Both the position numbers and the translations under genes were made by a program. Below the pieces are notes generated by a model that saw only the letters and a program-made list of their open reading frames with translations, was not told the origin of the DNA and did not search any database. This document shows, in pieces, positions 37,245 to 47,411 of a DNA stretch of 64,000 nucleotides (the first letter of the stretch is position 1; every line of letters begins with the position of its first letter). The DNA is from an uncultured virus (IMG/VR IMGVR_UViG_3300028608_000013) (Duplodnaviria > Heunggongvirae > Uroviricota > Caudoviricetes), in the IMG/VR virus record IMGVR_UViG_3300028608_000013. One strand, written 5' to 3'.

Positions 37245-37262
37245 GTAATATAGGTTTAAATT
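37245..37262 (-). promoter_or_regulatory. Phage early-type promoter
   Basis: TTTA-AAC-CTATATTAC on the minus strand, overlapping the SbcC stop. Confidence 0.65.
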
Positions 37263-39721
37263 ACTATTGAGTGCTGGTTGACCTCGCCTGGTAGGGTAAG
37301 GCCTTCGTACCGCAAGGCAATGATGTTAGGATCTCTGAAGACCCCGAGTTGGTTAAAGTAATGGGACACCAAGAACAGTTGGCGGGCGTCGTTACTCTGT
37401 GTGTATTCCTCCACAAAGTTAAAGAACCTGCCGCGTTTGATTTCGTCCAGGAACGGACCCACCTCATCCATAATCAGTGGAAGTGGGAATCCCAGGTACC
37501 CCAGTAACACAAAGCGAAAAGCCCAATCTAAAATATCGGTTTCGCCGCCACTGCAATCTGACACATCCGGTGTAGGGGTTTTCTCACCCTTGACCACTGG
37601 AAACTTGTAGGTCAGATCCCCGTTCTCTTTGCTGCACGGTTTGATGAACAGTGGGGTATTCCAGATCTTGTTAACTACCGCATTCATGTTGCCGCAAATG
37701 GCCCCGATGAAGTCACTCATCAGTTTACCGATCAAACCCTTGTTAGGGCACAGACCGTCCATATGTACTTCAACGATAGTTAACCGGCGTTTCAAGCGAT
37801 CGATGTCAGCCGAGATGGATTGCACCACCGCTGTCAGGGACCGGCTCTTGATAATCGAGGCCATGTAGTGTTCTTTATCAGCCGCCAACTCAGTGATGCG
37901 ATTATCCACCGCACTGCGCAGACTGACCTTACCTTCACACTCCAAACCTTGCAAGATCTCGAACCGCAATTTCTCCAACCGCATTAAGTCTTCCCCATAG
38001 GTTTGAATGCCACGTAGGGTATTACTCAATGCGTCGATCTTGGCTTTGTAGAAAAGGATCTTGTTATTAACTGCCACCAGCTCTTTTTCGGTGGTGCTTA
38101 CGTAGATAGCAACGTCCAAGACGTGATTACGGTCTAGGAGGGCTATACGTGCATCCAGGAGCTTTTCTTCTTCGCTCAGGGTGTCTCTGTAGCCTAACAG
38201 CTCTGCTTTGCGGCTAACAAGCTCTAAGGCGTTCTGGAGACGGGGGCTGGCGTGACGACCCACCTCAAACTGTTTGATCAGTTCAGGCAAGATACGAACG
38301 TGGCTATTCTCGCGAATGAACCCGAACAACTGGTTCATGCTGATAAACCATTCCGAGTCGTTCTCCAGCTTACTTTCGAGATCCTTCTTCTCGGCATCTA
38401 ACTTCTCGATCTGAGCTAACGAGTAGTCGATGGTAGTTTTCAATTCCCCTACTTGCTTGGGTGTCATCCCGAGTTTGAACTCATGGGTACAGTCAGGACA
38501 CTCAATTGATTCTGATTGCTCGTGGTGCTTGTACTTGTGCTGCCAGTCCGTCAGGTTGTTGTTCAGTTCCCGCAAAGTGGTCTGTACAACTTCCAAGCGA
38601 TTCTGGTACGCCTTGTACTGGTTGCCTGTAAGCTCCTGAGTGCTCGCAGGAACCACACGATTAAGAAACGGCATCAGTGCCGACACTATCTGTGCAAGGC
38701 CGTCTAACGGGCTCTCAGGATCGCTAAACACCGGATACTGCTTGAGCGACTGGTCGATCATTTCCAACTTGATCAGCGTCTCAGCAATGTCACTCTTCAC
38801 GTGCTTGGTTTGAGCCTTAAAGGTGTCCGGGTCTTTCAGGAACTCTTCCAGGCCATCCAACATACCAGCGTGTTCACTGATTACCCCGTGGAGCACGTTA
38901 GCCTGATCCTTATAACCTTCCAGCATGCGACGGGCTTGAGCGATAGCGTCAGCGTACTCACGCTTACTCCAATAGGCCCCGCTAAGCTTGGTGGTTAACA
39001 GTTGATCAGTCAGCATATCGAGTTCAACTTTCTTACGCTGTACTTCAGGGTCAAGTTTAACCGACTCCAAACTACCACGCAGCAGAAGAGATTGTTTCAG
39101 CTCTTCGTCCAAGTTCCGAACACGACGCTCCAGCTCATCCACACCACATTCATTGATGTAGGAGAGCTTGCGATTCTCCTCAGTGAAACGGGCTACCTGA
39201 TTCTTGATGGCGGCCTTCAGTTCATTGCGAGCAGACTTCAAACGGTTATACACCCCCAGTGCATAATCGGTGTCGTTCGGATAGACCTGCATAAGGACAT
39301 CTTTACGACGAGCTGGCGACATGGCTGACAGACGGTCCACAATACGGATGCCGCTGATAACCTTAACCAAGCCGCTATCAAGTTTGAAGTGTGTTTCGCA
39401 CAACTCTTTCTGAACGCTGTACGTGCCGTTCTTGTTGAGTTCTTCCCCATCGTCGATCTTAAAACTGTGGCCGTTCCCTATGCCTGTATACGAATCCATC
39501 GTGTAGACCTTGCTACCCACTTTCCACTGAACAAACTTGCGTCCATTCTGGTAGTTACCGTTTTCAGGCGGCAACGGATTCATCTCCTTGAGGATCGAAC
39601 TCTTACCTACACCGTTCAGGGAGATAAAGAGGTTGATCATATGTTCGGTGTCAAGCTCCACTTTATGAATATTGCTACTCAAGAGTGGAACATAGTTCTC
39701 TAGAATTAGTTTAAGTAGCAT
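37256..39721 (-). CDS. sbcC: SbcC/Rad50-like SMC ATPase
   Basis: Walker A NGVGKSS, coiled coils, zinc hook CPDC, signature CSGGE, Walker B LIMDE, H-loop LVSH. Confidence 0.9.
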   Translation of the reverse strand: MLLKLILENYVPLLSSNIHKVELDTEHMINLFISLNGVGKSSILKEMNPLPPENGNYQNGRKFVQWKVGSKVYTMDSYTGIGNGHSFKIDDGEELNKNGTYSVQKELCETHFKLDSGLVKVISGIRIVDRLSAMSPARRKDVLMQVYPNDTDYALGVYNRLKSARNELKAAIKNQVARFTEENRKLSYINECGVDELERRVRNLDEELKQSLLLRGSLESVKLDPEVQRKKVELDMLTDQLLTTKLSGAYWSKREYADAIAQARRMLEGYKDQANVLHGVISEHAGMLDGLEEFLKDPDTFKAQTKHVKSDIAETLIKLEMIDQSLKQYPVFSDPESPLDGLAQIVSALMPFLNRVVPASTQELTGNQYKAYQNRLEVVQTTLRELNNNLTDWQHKYKHHEQSESIECPDCTHEFKLGMTPKQVGELKTTIDYSLAQIEKLDAEKKDLESKLENDSEWFISMNQLFGFIRENSHVRILPELIKQFEVGRHASPRLQNALELVSRKAELLGYRDTLSEEEKLLDARIALLDRNHVLDVAIYVSTTEKELVAVNNKILFYKAKIDALSNTLRGIQTYGEDLMRLEKLRFEILQGLECEGKVSLRSAVDNRITELAADKEHYMASIIKSRSLTAVVQSISADIDRLKRRLTIVEVHMDGLCPNKGLIGKLMSDFIGAICGNMNAVVNKIWNTPLFIKPCSKENGDLTYKFPVVKGEKTPTPDVSDCSGGETDILDWAFRFVLLGYLGFPLPLIMDEVGPFLDEIKRGRFFNFVEEYTQSNDARQLFLVSHYFNQLGVFRDPNIIALRYEGLTLPGEVNQHSIVI

Positions 39722-39774
39722 AATGAATTCTTTTTTAGAAATTTTTAAAGGGTCTACAGAATAGGACGTCAAGT

Positions 39775-40776
39775 ATGAACATAATGCACTGCATTGGTAT
39801 CGGTGTGGTGGCGGCCACCAAAGATACCAATACTGATCAGATCTTCGTTTATATCCCCAGTCTGTTTCCCCATGCGGACGGTCGTATCAGCGCCAACCCT
39901 AAACAGGTCGAGCGCACCAGCGTTAACGCCCAGGGGGAGCAGGTAAAGAGCAACCTGTTGCACAGTAACGTTCTGCCAGCCGTCTGGAAGAACATGACCG
40001 ACAGTAACCGTACCAGCTCGCCTGACGTACGGGAAGGTACCAAGGTGGCTATCTACCAGGTACCCGGTCAGAACAAGCTGTACTGGACGTTGGATGGTGT
40101 TAACACCGAGACCATGCGTCTAGAGACGGTGTTCTACAATTGGAGTGCTTCGCCTGAGGTTAGCGAGAACACTCCAGGGGATATCAACAACACCTACCAG
40201 ATGAAGATCTCCACCCGTGAAGGTTTGATGGCGCTACGAACGTCTCAAGCTAACGGTGAGAAGGTAGCGTTCGACATCCAGATCAATGCGATGGATGGGG
40301 TGATGCAGTTTGGTGGGAGTGAGAACGGGTATATCGTCTGGGACGAACTCAATCACTCATTCACCTACAGCAACGCTGACGGGGCGATCTTCAAGATTGA
40401 TAAGAAGACCCTAACCGCAGTGATGCCTGAGTTGATTAACCTCTTTGCCACTAAAGGGATTAACATCAAGACAGAACTGCTCCAGCTACAAGCAGAGCGG
40501 TTTGACGCTGACGTTAAGTTGACCCGCTGGAAAGGGGATTGGGAACACACGGGTAACACCAAGCAAACGGGTGATTACGAACAAACTGGTGACTTCACTC
40601 AGATAGGCGACTACGACCAAACCGGGGACACTAACCGTACAGGTAACTCTACCAGCACCGGTATTGTTCAAGGTCTCACCGATGTACAGACTGCAACCGT
40701 TAGTCTTAATATCCACGGCCACATTGGCGTTGAGAACGGCGACGGCGTTACGGGACCACCAGTTGGTGGCGGTTAA
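39775..40776 (+). CDS. Baseplate central spike protein (phiKZ gp164 / gpV-like)
   Basis: OB-fold-like N-terminus (SSPDVREG), 6-residue beta-helix repeats (TGDYEQ TGDFTQ IGDYDQ TGDTNR), C-terminal HGH metal motif; divergent from SbcC. Confidence 0.8.
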   Translation: MNIMHCIGIGVVAATKDTNTDQIFVYIPSLFPHADGRISANPKQVERTSVNAQGEQVKSNLLHSNVLPAVWKNMTDSNRTSSPDVREGTKVAIYQVPGQNKLYWTLDGVNTETMRLETVFYNWSASPEVSENTPGDINNTYQMKISTREGLMALRTSQANGEKVAFDIQINAMDGVMQFGGSENGYIVWDELNHSFTYSNADGAIFKIDKKTLTAVMPELINLFATKGINIKTELLQLQAERFDADVKLTRWKGDWEHTGNTKQTGDYEQTGDFTQIGDYDQTGDTNRTGNSTSTGIVQGLTDVQTATVSLNIHGHIGVENGDGVTGPPVGGG

Positions 40777-40784
40777 CAACCTTA

Positions 40785-40818
40785 CTACCCCTACAGCCTT
40801 GCGGGGCTGTAGGGGTAG
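40785..40818. terminator. Hairpin at a convergent junction
   Basis: CTACCCCTACAGCC-TTGCGG-GGCTGTAGGGGTAG. Confidence 0.75.
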
Positions 40819-40827
40819 GGGTTATTT

Positions 40828-43707
40828 TTACGACTTCACATCTCGATGCGTAAAGAACTGGTTCACACCTTGTCCACCATCATCGATGAAACAAGGGATG
40901 GCCGAACCATGACGAGTCGCACTGATCGAACGACTGTCCATCACGATGTAACTCTTCTGCAACGCCAGGACACCGTTGGTGGTGATCCCGAACAGTACTT
41001 CGTTGTTGACCGGCTCTCGCTGAACACTCGACGCAATAACCGTCAAGTTGGTACCCGCACGACGCAAGTAGCAATAGTTCACACCAGAAGTAGCCACCTG
41101 AACCGCAACATCTCGATCCAGGATAATGGTGCGACCGTTCACTACGAAGCGAGCACCCGCTGGCAACCGCACCCACCCGGCCTCGTTGATATTGAAAGGA
41201 TCCACTTTCGTAGTCCCGCCAATTTCATTCATCACGGTCACAAACCGGCTGTTGGTCGGTTCGTGTTGGTACACACCCTTGTTAGGGATGAGGATTGCCG
41301 GATAGACTTCCTCTACCGTGTCGAACGCATCTTGCCCTTGATACAAACGAGCAGTGTTGACCTTACCACGAGTGACCGTAGGCGACGCAGTAGTCAGACC
41401 GTTGATGACGCAGCTGATGTCACCGTAGATGTTACCAAAGGCACGCGTGAAGACAAGGTTGAACGTGTTAGCGTCCACCCGTACTGCCAGCATGTCCGAA
41501 TAGTTCATCCAGGTATCATCACCCGAAGACGATGCACGGTTACCCGAAAGCGCTGGTTGCCCAGCAGGTGTAGCCGGGAACAATTTCATCCCGCCCGTTG
41601 TGGTGTAGTTCAACACACACTCGCTGCCAACAACAGCGTAGTTCACCACGCCCACTTCAGCATAGTTCAGACCATCACTGATCATCACGATTGCTTTGTT
41701 GGCCGTCAACGCAAACACCTGGATCGACGGAACCCGCAACGCATTGTTAACCAACGGGTTAGCCGCCGCTGCACGGATCATCACACTGCCGCTGGCTGCA
41801 CGTACCGCCAACAGACTGGCTACCGACAGGGCAATGTCAGCACCGACCGTCAGAACGCCGTTCAGGTACTGGAAGCTTGCCTTACCGACATAACCGTTGG
41901 CCTCGTTGAACACCAACGCACTCGGAGCAGCACCAACGCCCACCTTGTTGACATAGATCGACAACCCAGGCGGCATGTCAGAGATGTTGTCGCTTGGCAG
42001 CGCCTGACCCGGTAGAGCAATACCAAAGGTACCGTCACCTGATTGAGTACTGACAATGCTGGTGCTAGCCCAGTTGTAATCACGCCAACCGAACCGACCA
42101 GTGATCTCGTCCGCACCGTATACCAGATAACGGGTGTTGATCGTGTCGTGGAAGTAAGGAATGATCCGTTCAGGAATCAAGCCAAAGCAGGCGTGTCGCA
42201 TTGGTGCATACATTTCTGTAGCCGCCAAACGCGCATCGACAGTAGGACGGTCAGCCAGCAAGAAGTCCTTGACGTCCGCATAGTCCGTACCGAAACGCTT
42301 AACCCGTGTCCCCAGCTTAGTCGAAGCGGTTTTGATCAGCTCGCCCGAATTCAACAGCACCCCTGGATACTGCACGGTGTTGAAGAAGTCAAACGGGTTG
42401 CCGTCTTTAAGCCAGCTCGCAGGAGCCACCGGTCGGAGGTCTGCACCCAGTGTATCTTTGACACGGGTTCCCAACTGTCTGAAGACAGCACTACCACCAG
42501 GATTCAGCGAACCTGGAACAACCGACATCATGAAACTGAAGACCAGCTTTCTGACAAGGCCATTCAGGGTAACGGTTACAGGAACAGCCACGTGCAAATA
42601 GATCTCAACGTTAGGCACGTTCCACATCAGGGTCGTAACAATCCCATGACTACCACCAGAGATTTCGATGGTGGCTTGTGGAGGCAGGGTTACGTAGTCC
42701 TTGAGGTCAAACGTCTGACTACCGTTGGCAGGACCCGAATACGACGCAGCATCGAATCGATCGAACAACGCCTGATAAGCTCCGGTTACCTGATCACCCA
42801 AAGCCGGATCGGTGTTTGGGTTAGCCGTGGAGAAGAACTTGTGGTTGAGGGTTATCGCAGTCCCAACGAAGGAGGAGGAGACGGCAAGACCCTTGTAAGC
42901 AGCGTTAGCCGACATGCTGTACAACAGGTAGTTCTTGTTACTGCCGGGCATCGCGAGGTTGTTCTTGTACTGATAGATCTTCTTGTCGGCCAACGGCTTA
43001 AAGAAAGCAACCTTTCCATCAGTGGTGTCACAACCTACCGTATTCCAGCTGGCCGTGAGGTAGCTGGCATTCAGGTTGGTAATTTCACCCAGACGACCGC
43101 CTTTAGACACACCGGTCGGCATCGAGGTGAAGATCGACTGGTAGGTGTAACGCGCAGTGTCCGAAACAGGCGAGAATACCAGACCGTCGTTGTTTATCAG
43201 CAGACCGGTTTTCTTGCTTGCCCCCAGATAACGCACAGGGTCATTAACCGTCGGTACAACCGTCGGGTAATAGTCCGGATAAAAGAACGAGGCGAACTGA
43301 AACAGGTCGTTGTTCTGGTAATCCGACAATACAAACGAACCGTTGCTGGCGAGGATCGCGGCCTTGGCTCCCTGAGGCGTTACAAAGGCTTGTACAGGCG
43401 CGAAAGCAATCTGCTCGGCCAATGTAGCGGTTCGGTAGTTATCCTTCTTGGACAGCCCTACAGAGGCCTTGGTCTCACCATGTTGAGGACCGCGTGCCGC
43501 CAAGTGGGCGTCTACCGGAATCGCCACTGTATCAACGAACTCTTGAGTCTCGTCGATGATGACCTGTAGCTTGCCTTCGTTGTTGCTGTTGAATTCGTCA
43601 GTCATCACATGGATGGCTTCAACGAACTCGTTCATTTTCTTGATTACCGCCCCGAACCGGGGAGCGGGTTCTTCTACGAAGGGTGGTTCCCCGCCCAGAA
43701 TAATCAT
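40828..43707 (-). CDS. Large virion tail/fibre-like protein, 959 aa
   Basis: HLAARGPQHGETKASVGL..DNYRTAT fibre motif; C-terminal domain related to its neighbours. Confidence 0.7.
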   Translation of the reverse strand: MIILGGEPPFVEEPAPRFGAVIKKMNEFVEAIHVMTDEFNSNNEGKLQVIIDETQEFVDTVAIPVDAHLAARGPQHGETKASVGLSKKDNYRTATLAEQIAFAPVQAFVTPQGAKAAILASNGSFVLSDYQNNDLFQFASFFYPDYYPTVVPTVNDPVRYLGASKKTGLLINNDGLVFSPVSDTARYTYQSIFTSMPTGVSKGGRLGEITNLNASYLTASWNTVGCDTTDGKVAFFKPLADKKIYQYKNNLAMPGSNKNYLLYSMSANAAYKGLAVSSSFVGTAITLNHKFFSTANPNTDPALGDQVTGAYQALFDRFDAASYSGPANGSQTFDLKDYVTLPPQATIEISGGSHGIVTTLMWNVPNVEIYLHVAVPVTVTLNGLVRKLVFSFMMSVVPGSLNPGGSAVFRQLGTRVKDTLGADLRPVAPASWLKDGNPFDFFNTVQYPGVLLNSGELIKTASTKLGTRVKRFGTDYADVKDFLLADRPTVDARLAATEMYAPMRHACFGLIPERIIPYFHDTINTRYLVYGADEITGRFGWRDYNWASTSIVSTQSGDGTFGIALPGQALPSDNISDMPPGLSIYVNKVGVGAAPSALVFNEANGYVGKASFQYLNGVLTVGADIALSVASLLAVRAASGSVMIRAAAANPLVNNALRVPSIQVFALTANKAIVMISDGLNYAEVGVVNYAVVGSECVLNYTTTGGMKLFPATPAGQPALSGNRASSSGDDTWMNYSDMLAVRVDANTFNLVFTRAFGNIYGDISCVINGLTTASPTVTRGKVNTARLYQGQDAFDTVEEVYPAILIPNKGVYQHEPTNSRFVTVMNEIGGTTKVDPFNINEAGWVRLPAGARFVVNGRTIILDRDVAVQVATSGVNYCYLRRAGTNLTVIASSVQREPVNNEVLFGITTNGVLALQKSYIVMDSRSISATRHGSAIPCFIDDGGQGVNQFFTHRDVKS

Positions 43708-43764
43708 AGACGTTCTCCAATGGTCGAGCAGAAAAAGAATGGGGGAGTTACCTCCCCCGAAGTG

Positions 43765-46700
43765 TTAAGGCAACAACTCACCATTACGCACAAAGACAAA
43801 CGAACCTTCGTCCTGAGGGAAGCCGGAACTCATTGGGATGATACCACCCTCACGAGTATAGCTCAGGAGCAGGTCACCCACCATGAATGGCTGTTCCCGT
43901 GCAATGGTCACAATGGAGCTGGCGTTGGTAACAACCGTGGCCACCCGCATCATGGCATTGCTCTTCCGCAGTTGGAGTGTCGACAACAAGTATTTAGGCA
44001 AGTCGTCTTCAATCGTCACGTAGATGTAAAACGTTTTGTTCTGCGGAGCTGCGTCGATGTCTCGCAAGTCCAACGTACCGCCAGGCACTCGATAAGCTGC
44101 CCCGTTGATCATTACCGCGATGTTGTCCTGGAAGAACAGCGACCACCCGGTCTCAGGATAAGCAGACCCACCCAGGTAATACGTGACGCTGGTGTCTGGG
44201 TTGGTCTTCCTGAAGATGCTCGCTGCACCACCGGTCTCTGCGTAAATCCCCGGCGCGTACGACATCCCGACGGTATCAGGAGTGGTGCCGGTCAGAGTGA
44301 GATCAGTCATCCCGACTTTAGGCACCATCATGACTTGGTCAGTTTGCGACCACCCAGACCCCTGACCATAAATGCCCGAGAACTTGTTGGTAGCCAGATC
44401 AATGTCAAATGTGGAGAACAGCTTGGTGTAAACCGTTGAGGTCGTAACCGTGCTGTAAGGCGAGGTGAACCAAACCTTCAGCTTGCCGTTATCGCGATAG
44501 ACGTTGAAGAACCCGCGTGGTTTGTGCGCCCGGGTGCTCAGAAGGAAGTTAACGTCGTTGATCTTGACGTTGACAGCATTCCGGAAGTGCGGTGGTGTAT
44601 CCAGAACAGTAACATCGGTGATCAGGTAAACCCCAGGGTGGTCAACATTGGGTGCTTCTACCACTGGACGGAACAATACCAACTGCGTACGAATGGTCGT
44701 TGTGGCCGCGTCGACGAAGTGAATCACACCCACGGCAACGTTCAGGCCGCCAAACATACCACCGTTCTCAGCCCCCAGCATGTGCAGGGAAAACGCCCAA
44801 TACTTGGTGGTCTGGAAACCAGCCGGGATAAACGTCTTCATCTTGTCGATGAGCGCTTGACGCAGCCCGTAGAAGGTTACCCCGCTGTACGTTGCTTTCT
44901 TACCGACGTTGTCCAGTACCCGCTGAGTCGTCCGAGGGAACGTATGCAACACGTTGTGCCCAGCAGCGGCCTGGAGCGCAGTGTTACGCGGATAGTAGTT
45001 ACTGGCCGGTATATACGAACTCCAACCGAATGTGCTGAGACTGGTGTTACCCATCTCCACACCACGTGCTGTCAGATCAGCAGCAGACCCGGTCATCCCG
45101 ATAACACCGTCGGTATAGCCCAGGTTGGTTTCATACACTGCGTTAGACAGTGGGCGTGCTTGCAGATTAGGCAGCTTCAGGTTGGTGATACCCGCCCGTG
45201 TCTGATACGCACCGGTTACCAAACGGAGATACGTCTTACGGTTGTTGGTCGCTTGTTCCATAGCACCATACAGCTCGCCGTCTGGTTCAAACGACATCGT
45301 CCCTGGGAACGTACCGCTCAGCAACGGAGAACGCAACACAGGTAGCAGGTACTTGCGGTTTACAGGAGGTGCCACAGCGTTCCACAATCCACCAGCCAGC
45401 AGTTGAGCGTCGGTAGTCTTACCCGTGTGCTCGTAGATCTCGATCACAGCTGGGAAGTCGTTACCGTCCTCAATCGTCGCACACACCGTCTCGCCAGTTG
45501 GCAACACAATGATAGACGCCGAGTTACTTTGGATGGTTGGGTTGTACCAGCCACCATAGTAGTCGTTGAGATAGGCGTTCTTCTCTGCCTGAGTGGTGTC
45601 CGAGAACCCCATCTCATACGCCGGTGTCTTGTTGAGCAGAGTCATAACACCGGTAGCCGGGTTAATCGAATACCCTATCGACATGATCACCGTGATGTTG
45701 ATGATCGTACCTGCACCGTCGTTGTAGACGCCCGCGTTGCCAATCAGGAACTGCACCAGATACGAACCTGGTACGTTAGGGTTAGCGCAAGACAGGGACG
45801 CGGTGCGACCGCTCTTATTCAACGTAGTAACAGGTTGGCGGTAAGTCCAAGGGCCGTTCTTGGTCCACTTGCCGTTCACTTGCACAGGAACCATTGGTTT
45901 CCAGAACGCTGAGTTGGTGTAAGCCACACCATCATAGTCCGAGAAGGTTACGTCCAACCGGGTCCACGTGATCTGAGTACCAGCAATAACGCTAGCCACT
46001 GGTGCACGGAAGAACGTGTGCTTTTCATCACTACCGATGCCAGTGCTCTGAACCAGCAACAGGTAATCACCCATGAAGTGGATGGTCGCCTTGTCATGGC
46101 TGTTGTAAGGCACGTTGCCAAACAACGCGTTCACGTTGGTCATGTCACACTTAACGTATGCATGCGACGCTGGATCGAACGTACCGTTGGTGATCGCCAC
46201 ATACCAGTTGTTAGTGGCAGGGTTACCCACCATGATAACCTTGTGGTTACTGCCAGCCACGACGGCAGTTGGGTTGATACCCAGCGCTGTCAAGGAAGCA
46301 GGAGTGTACTTGAAAGCAGAGTACACATACTTGGCGGTACCTTTGTCGTAGTTCTCGATGTACGAGTAGTACAACCCTTCTGAACGACCATCGTTGTGGT
46401 TGGTCAGAATCATCAGCAATCCGTTGTCTTCCAAACAGAGTGCCGAGCAATCAGAAACAGCCCCCAAACCTTCGAACGAGCCGCTGATGTTGGGAGGAAT
46501 GAAACTCTCCCCACCGAACGAGCTGATAGGCATAATACCCGAGAGCATCGCCTTGTCCGTATTCGGGACGTAGGTCTTGGCCAGCTGAATCACCCCGTAA
46601 GGTGTACTGAACAAGTCACTCGCTACACCGGCCATATCTTCAGCAGGCGTGGCCGTGCGGTAGTTACTCACGTTGCCCAGGTCGACATCGAATGCAACAA

Positions 46701-47352
46701 TGCCGTGTGGGTTGGAATAGTTGCCGTCGTGCAGCTGCAAACGGTCCAACTGATCGTCGCGAGCGGTTATCAGCTTCTCGTAAGAATCCTCAACTACGGC
46801 AGTCAACTGATCGTTGAACGTGTAATCACGAGACTTCCGGATACCTTCCAGTTGCTGGAAGAACTGGGTAAAGTCGTACCAGTCCGTGATCTCGGTTTTG
46901 ATGTTGTGCATGTGCAACTCCGGCGGTAAGGTCGGAGGTACACCAAACACTTTACTCCACGGGATAGGCACGTTACCCGCGTTCATGGCATAGATCCATT
47001 CCTCGAGGTTGCTGCGAGGAACGAAGTAGGCGCCTAGGCTTTGGTAGTCGATGGTCACGAAGGCGTTAGCCGCAACGATAGCATCAGACAACCGGATGTA
47101 AGAACAAATAGACCGACCAGTCATTTCGCAGAAGGGCACAAACTCGCCTTCTACGTAAAAGTCACGATCACGGCGCAGCAGGCCGCCGCTCTGGTTGCGC
47201 ATAACAACCAGGCCGGTGTCAGCGAAGAAAGGTGCACCGTCAGGCAAGTACCAGTTAAGGGTCTTGTCTGTCAGTTTCCACTTTTCTCCGGTAATAGTGT
47301 TGACGGGTTCTGTTCCCCGAATGTCAAACTTTACGAGAGGGATGGAATCCAT
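43765..47352 (-). CDS. Large tail-fibre-like structural protein (phiKZ gp145/146-like)
   Basis: NPHG..DVDLGNVSNYRTAT, FIPPNISGSFEGLG, DLRDIDAAPQNKTFY; likely start 47352. Confidence 0.75.
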   Translation of the reverse strand: MDSIPLVKFDIRGTEPVNTITGEKWKLTDKTLNWYLPDGAPFFADTGLVVMRNQSGGLLRRDRDFYVEGEFVPFCEMTGRSICSYIRLSDAIVAANAFVTIDYQSLGAYFVPRSNLEEWIYAMNAGNVPIPWSKVFGVPPTLPPELHMHNIKTEITDWYDFTQFFQQLEGIRKSRDYTFNDQLTAVVEDSYEKLITARDDQLDRLQLHDGNYSNPHGIVAFDVDLGNVSNYRTATPAEDMAGVASDLFSTPYGVIQLAKTYVPNTDKAMLSGIMPISSFGGESFIPPNISGSFEGLGAVSDCSALCLEDNGLLMILTNHNDGRSEGLYYSYIENYDKGTAKYVYSAFKYTPASLTALGINPTAVVAGSNHKVIMVGNPATNNWYVAITNGTFDPASHAYVKCDMTNVNALFGNVPYNSHDKATIHFMGDYLLLVQSTGIGSDEKHTFFRAPVASVIAGTQITWTRLDVTFSDYDGVAYTNSAFWKPMVPVQVNGKWTKNGPWTYRQPVTTLNKSGRTASLSCANPNVPGSYLVQFLIGNAGVYNDGAGTIINITVIMSIGYSINPATGVMTLLNKTPAYEMGFSDTTQAEKNAYLNDYYGGWYNPTIQSNSASIIVLPTGETVCATIEDGNDFPAVIEIYEHTGKTTDAQLLAGGLWNAVAPPVNRKYLLPVLRSPLLSGTFPGTMSFEPDGELYGAMEQATNNRKTYLRLVTGAYQTRAGITNLKLPNLQARPLSNAVYETNLGYTDGVIGMTGSAADLTARGVEMGNTSLSTFGWSSYIPASNYYPRNTALQAAAGHNVLHTFPRTTQRVLDNVGKKATYSGVTFYGLRQALIDKMKTFIPAGFQTTKYWAFSLHMLGAENGGMFGGLNVAVGVIHFVDAATTTIRTQLVLFRPVVEAPNVDHPGVYLITDVTVLDTPPHFRNAVNVKINDVNFLLSTRAHKPRGFFNVYRDNGKLKVWFTSPYSTVTTSTVYTKLFSTFDIDLATNKFSGIYGQGSGWSQTDQVMMVPKVGMTDLTLTGTTPDTVGMSYAPGIYAETGGAASIFRKTNPDTSVTYYLGGSAYPETGWSLFFQDNIAVMINGAAYRVPGGTLDLRDIDAAPQNKTFYIYVTIEDDLPKYLLSTLQLRKSNAMMRVATVVTNASSIVTIAREQPFMVGDLLLSYTREGGIIPMSSGFPQDEGSFVFVRNGELLP

Positions 47353-47411
47353 TGCGATAGCCTTTTTAAAGAGGAGGGGAGGGTTAGACCCACTCCCCTT
47401 TATACCTAGTG

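Noticed and set aside
40550..40665. Roughly 18-bp periodic DNA repeats resembling a VNTR or CRISPR
   Set aside because: They encode the 6-residue beta-helix of the spike protein; there are no unique spacers.
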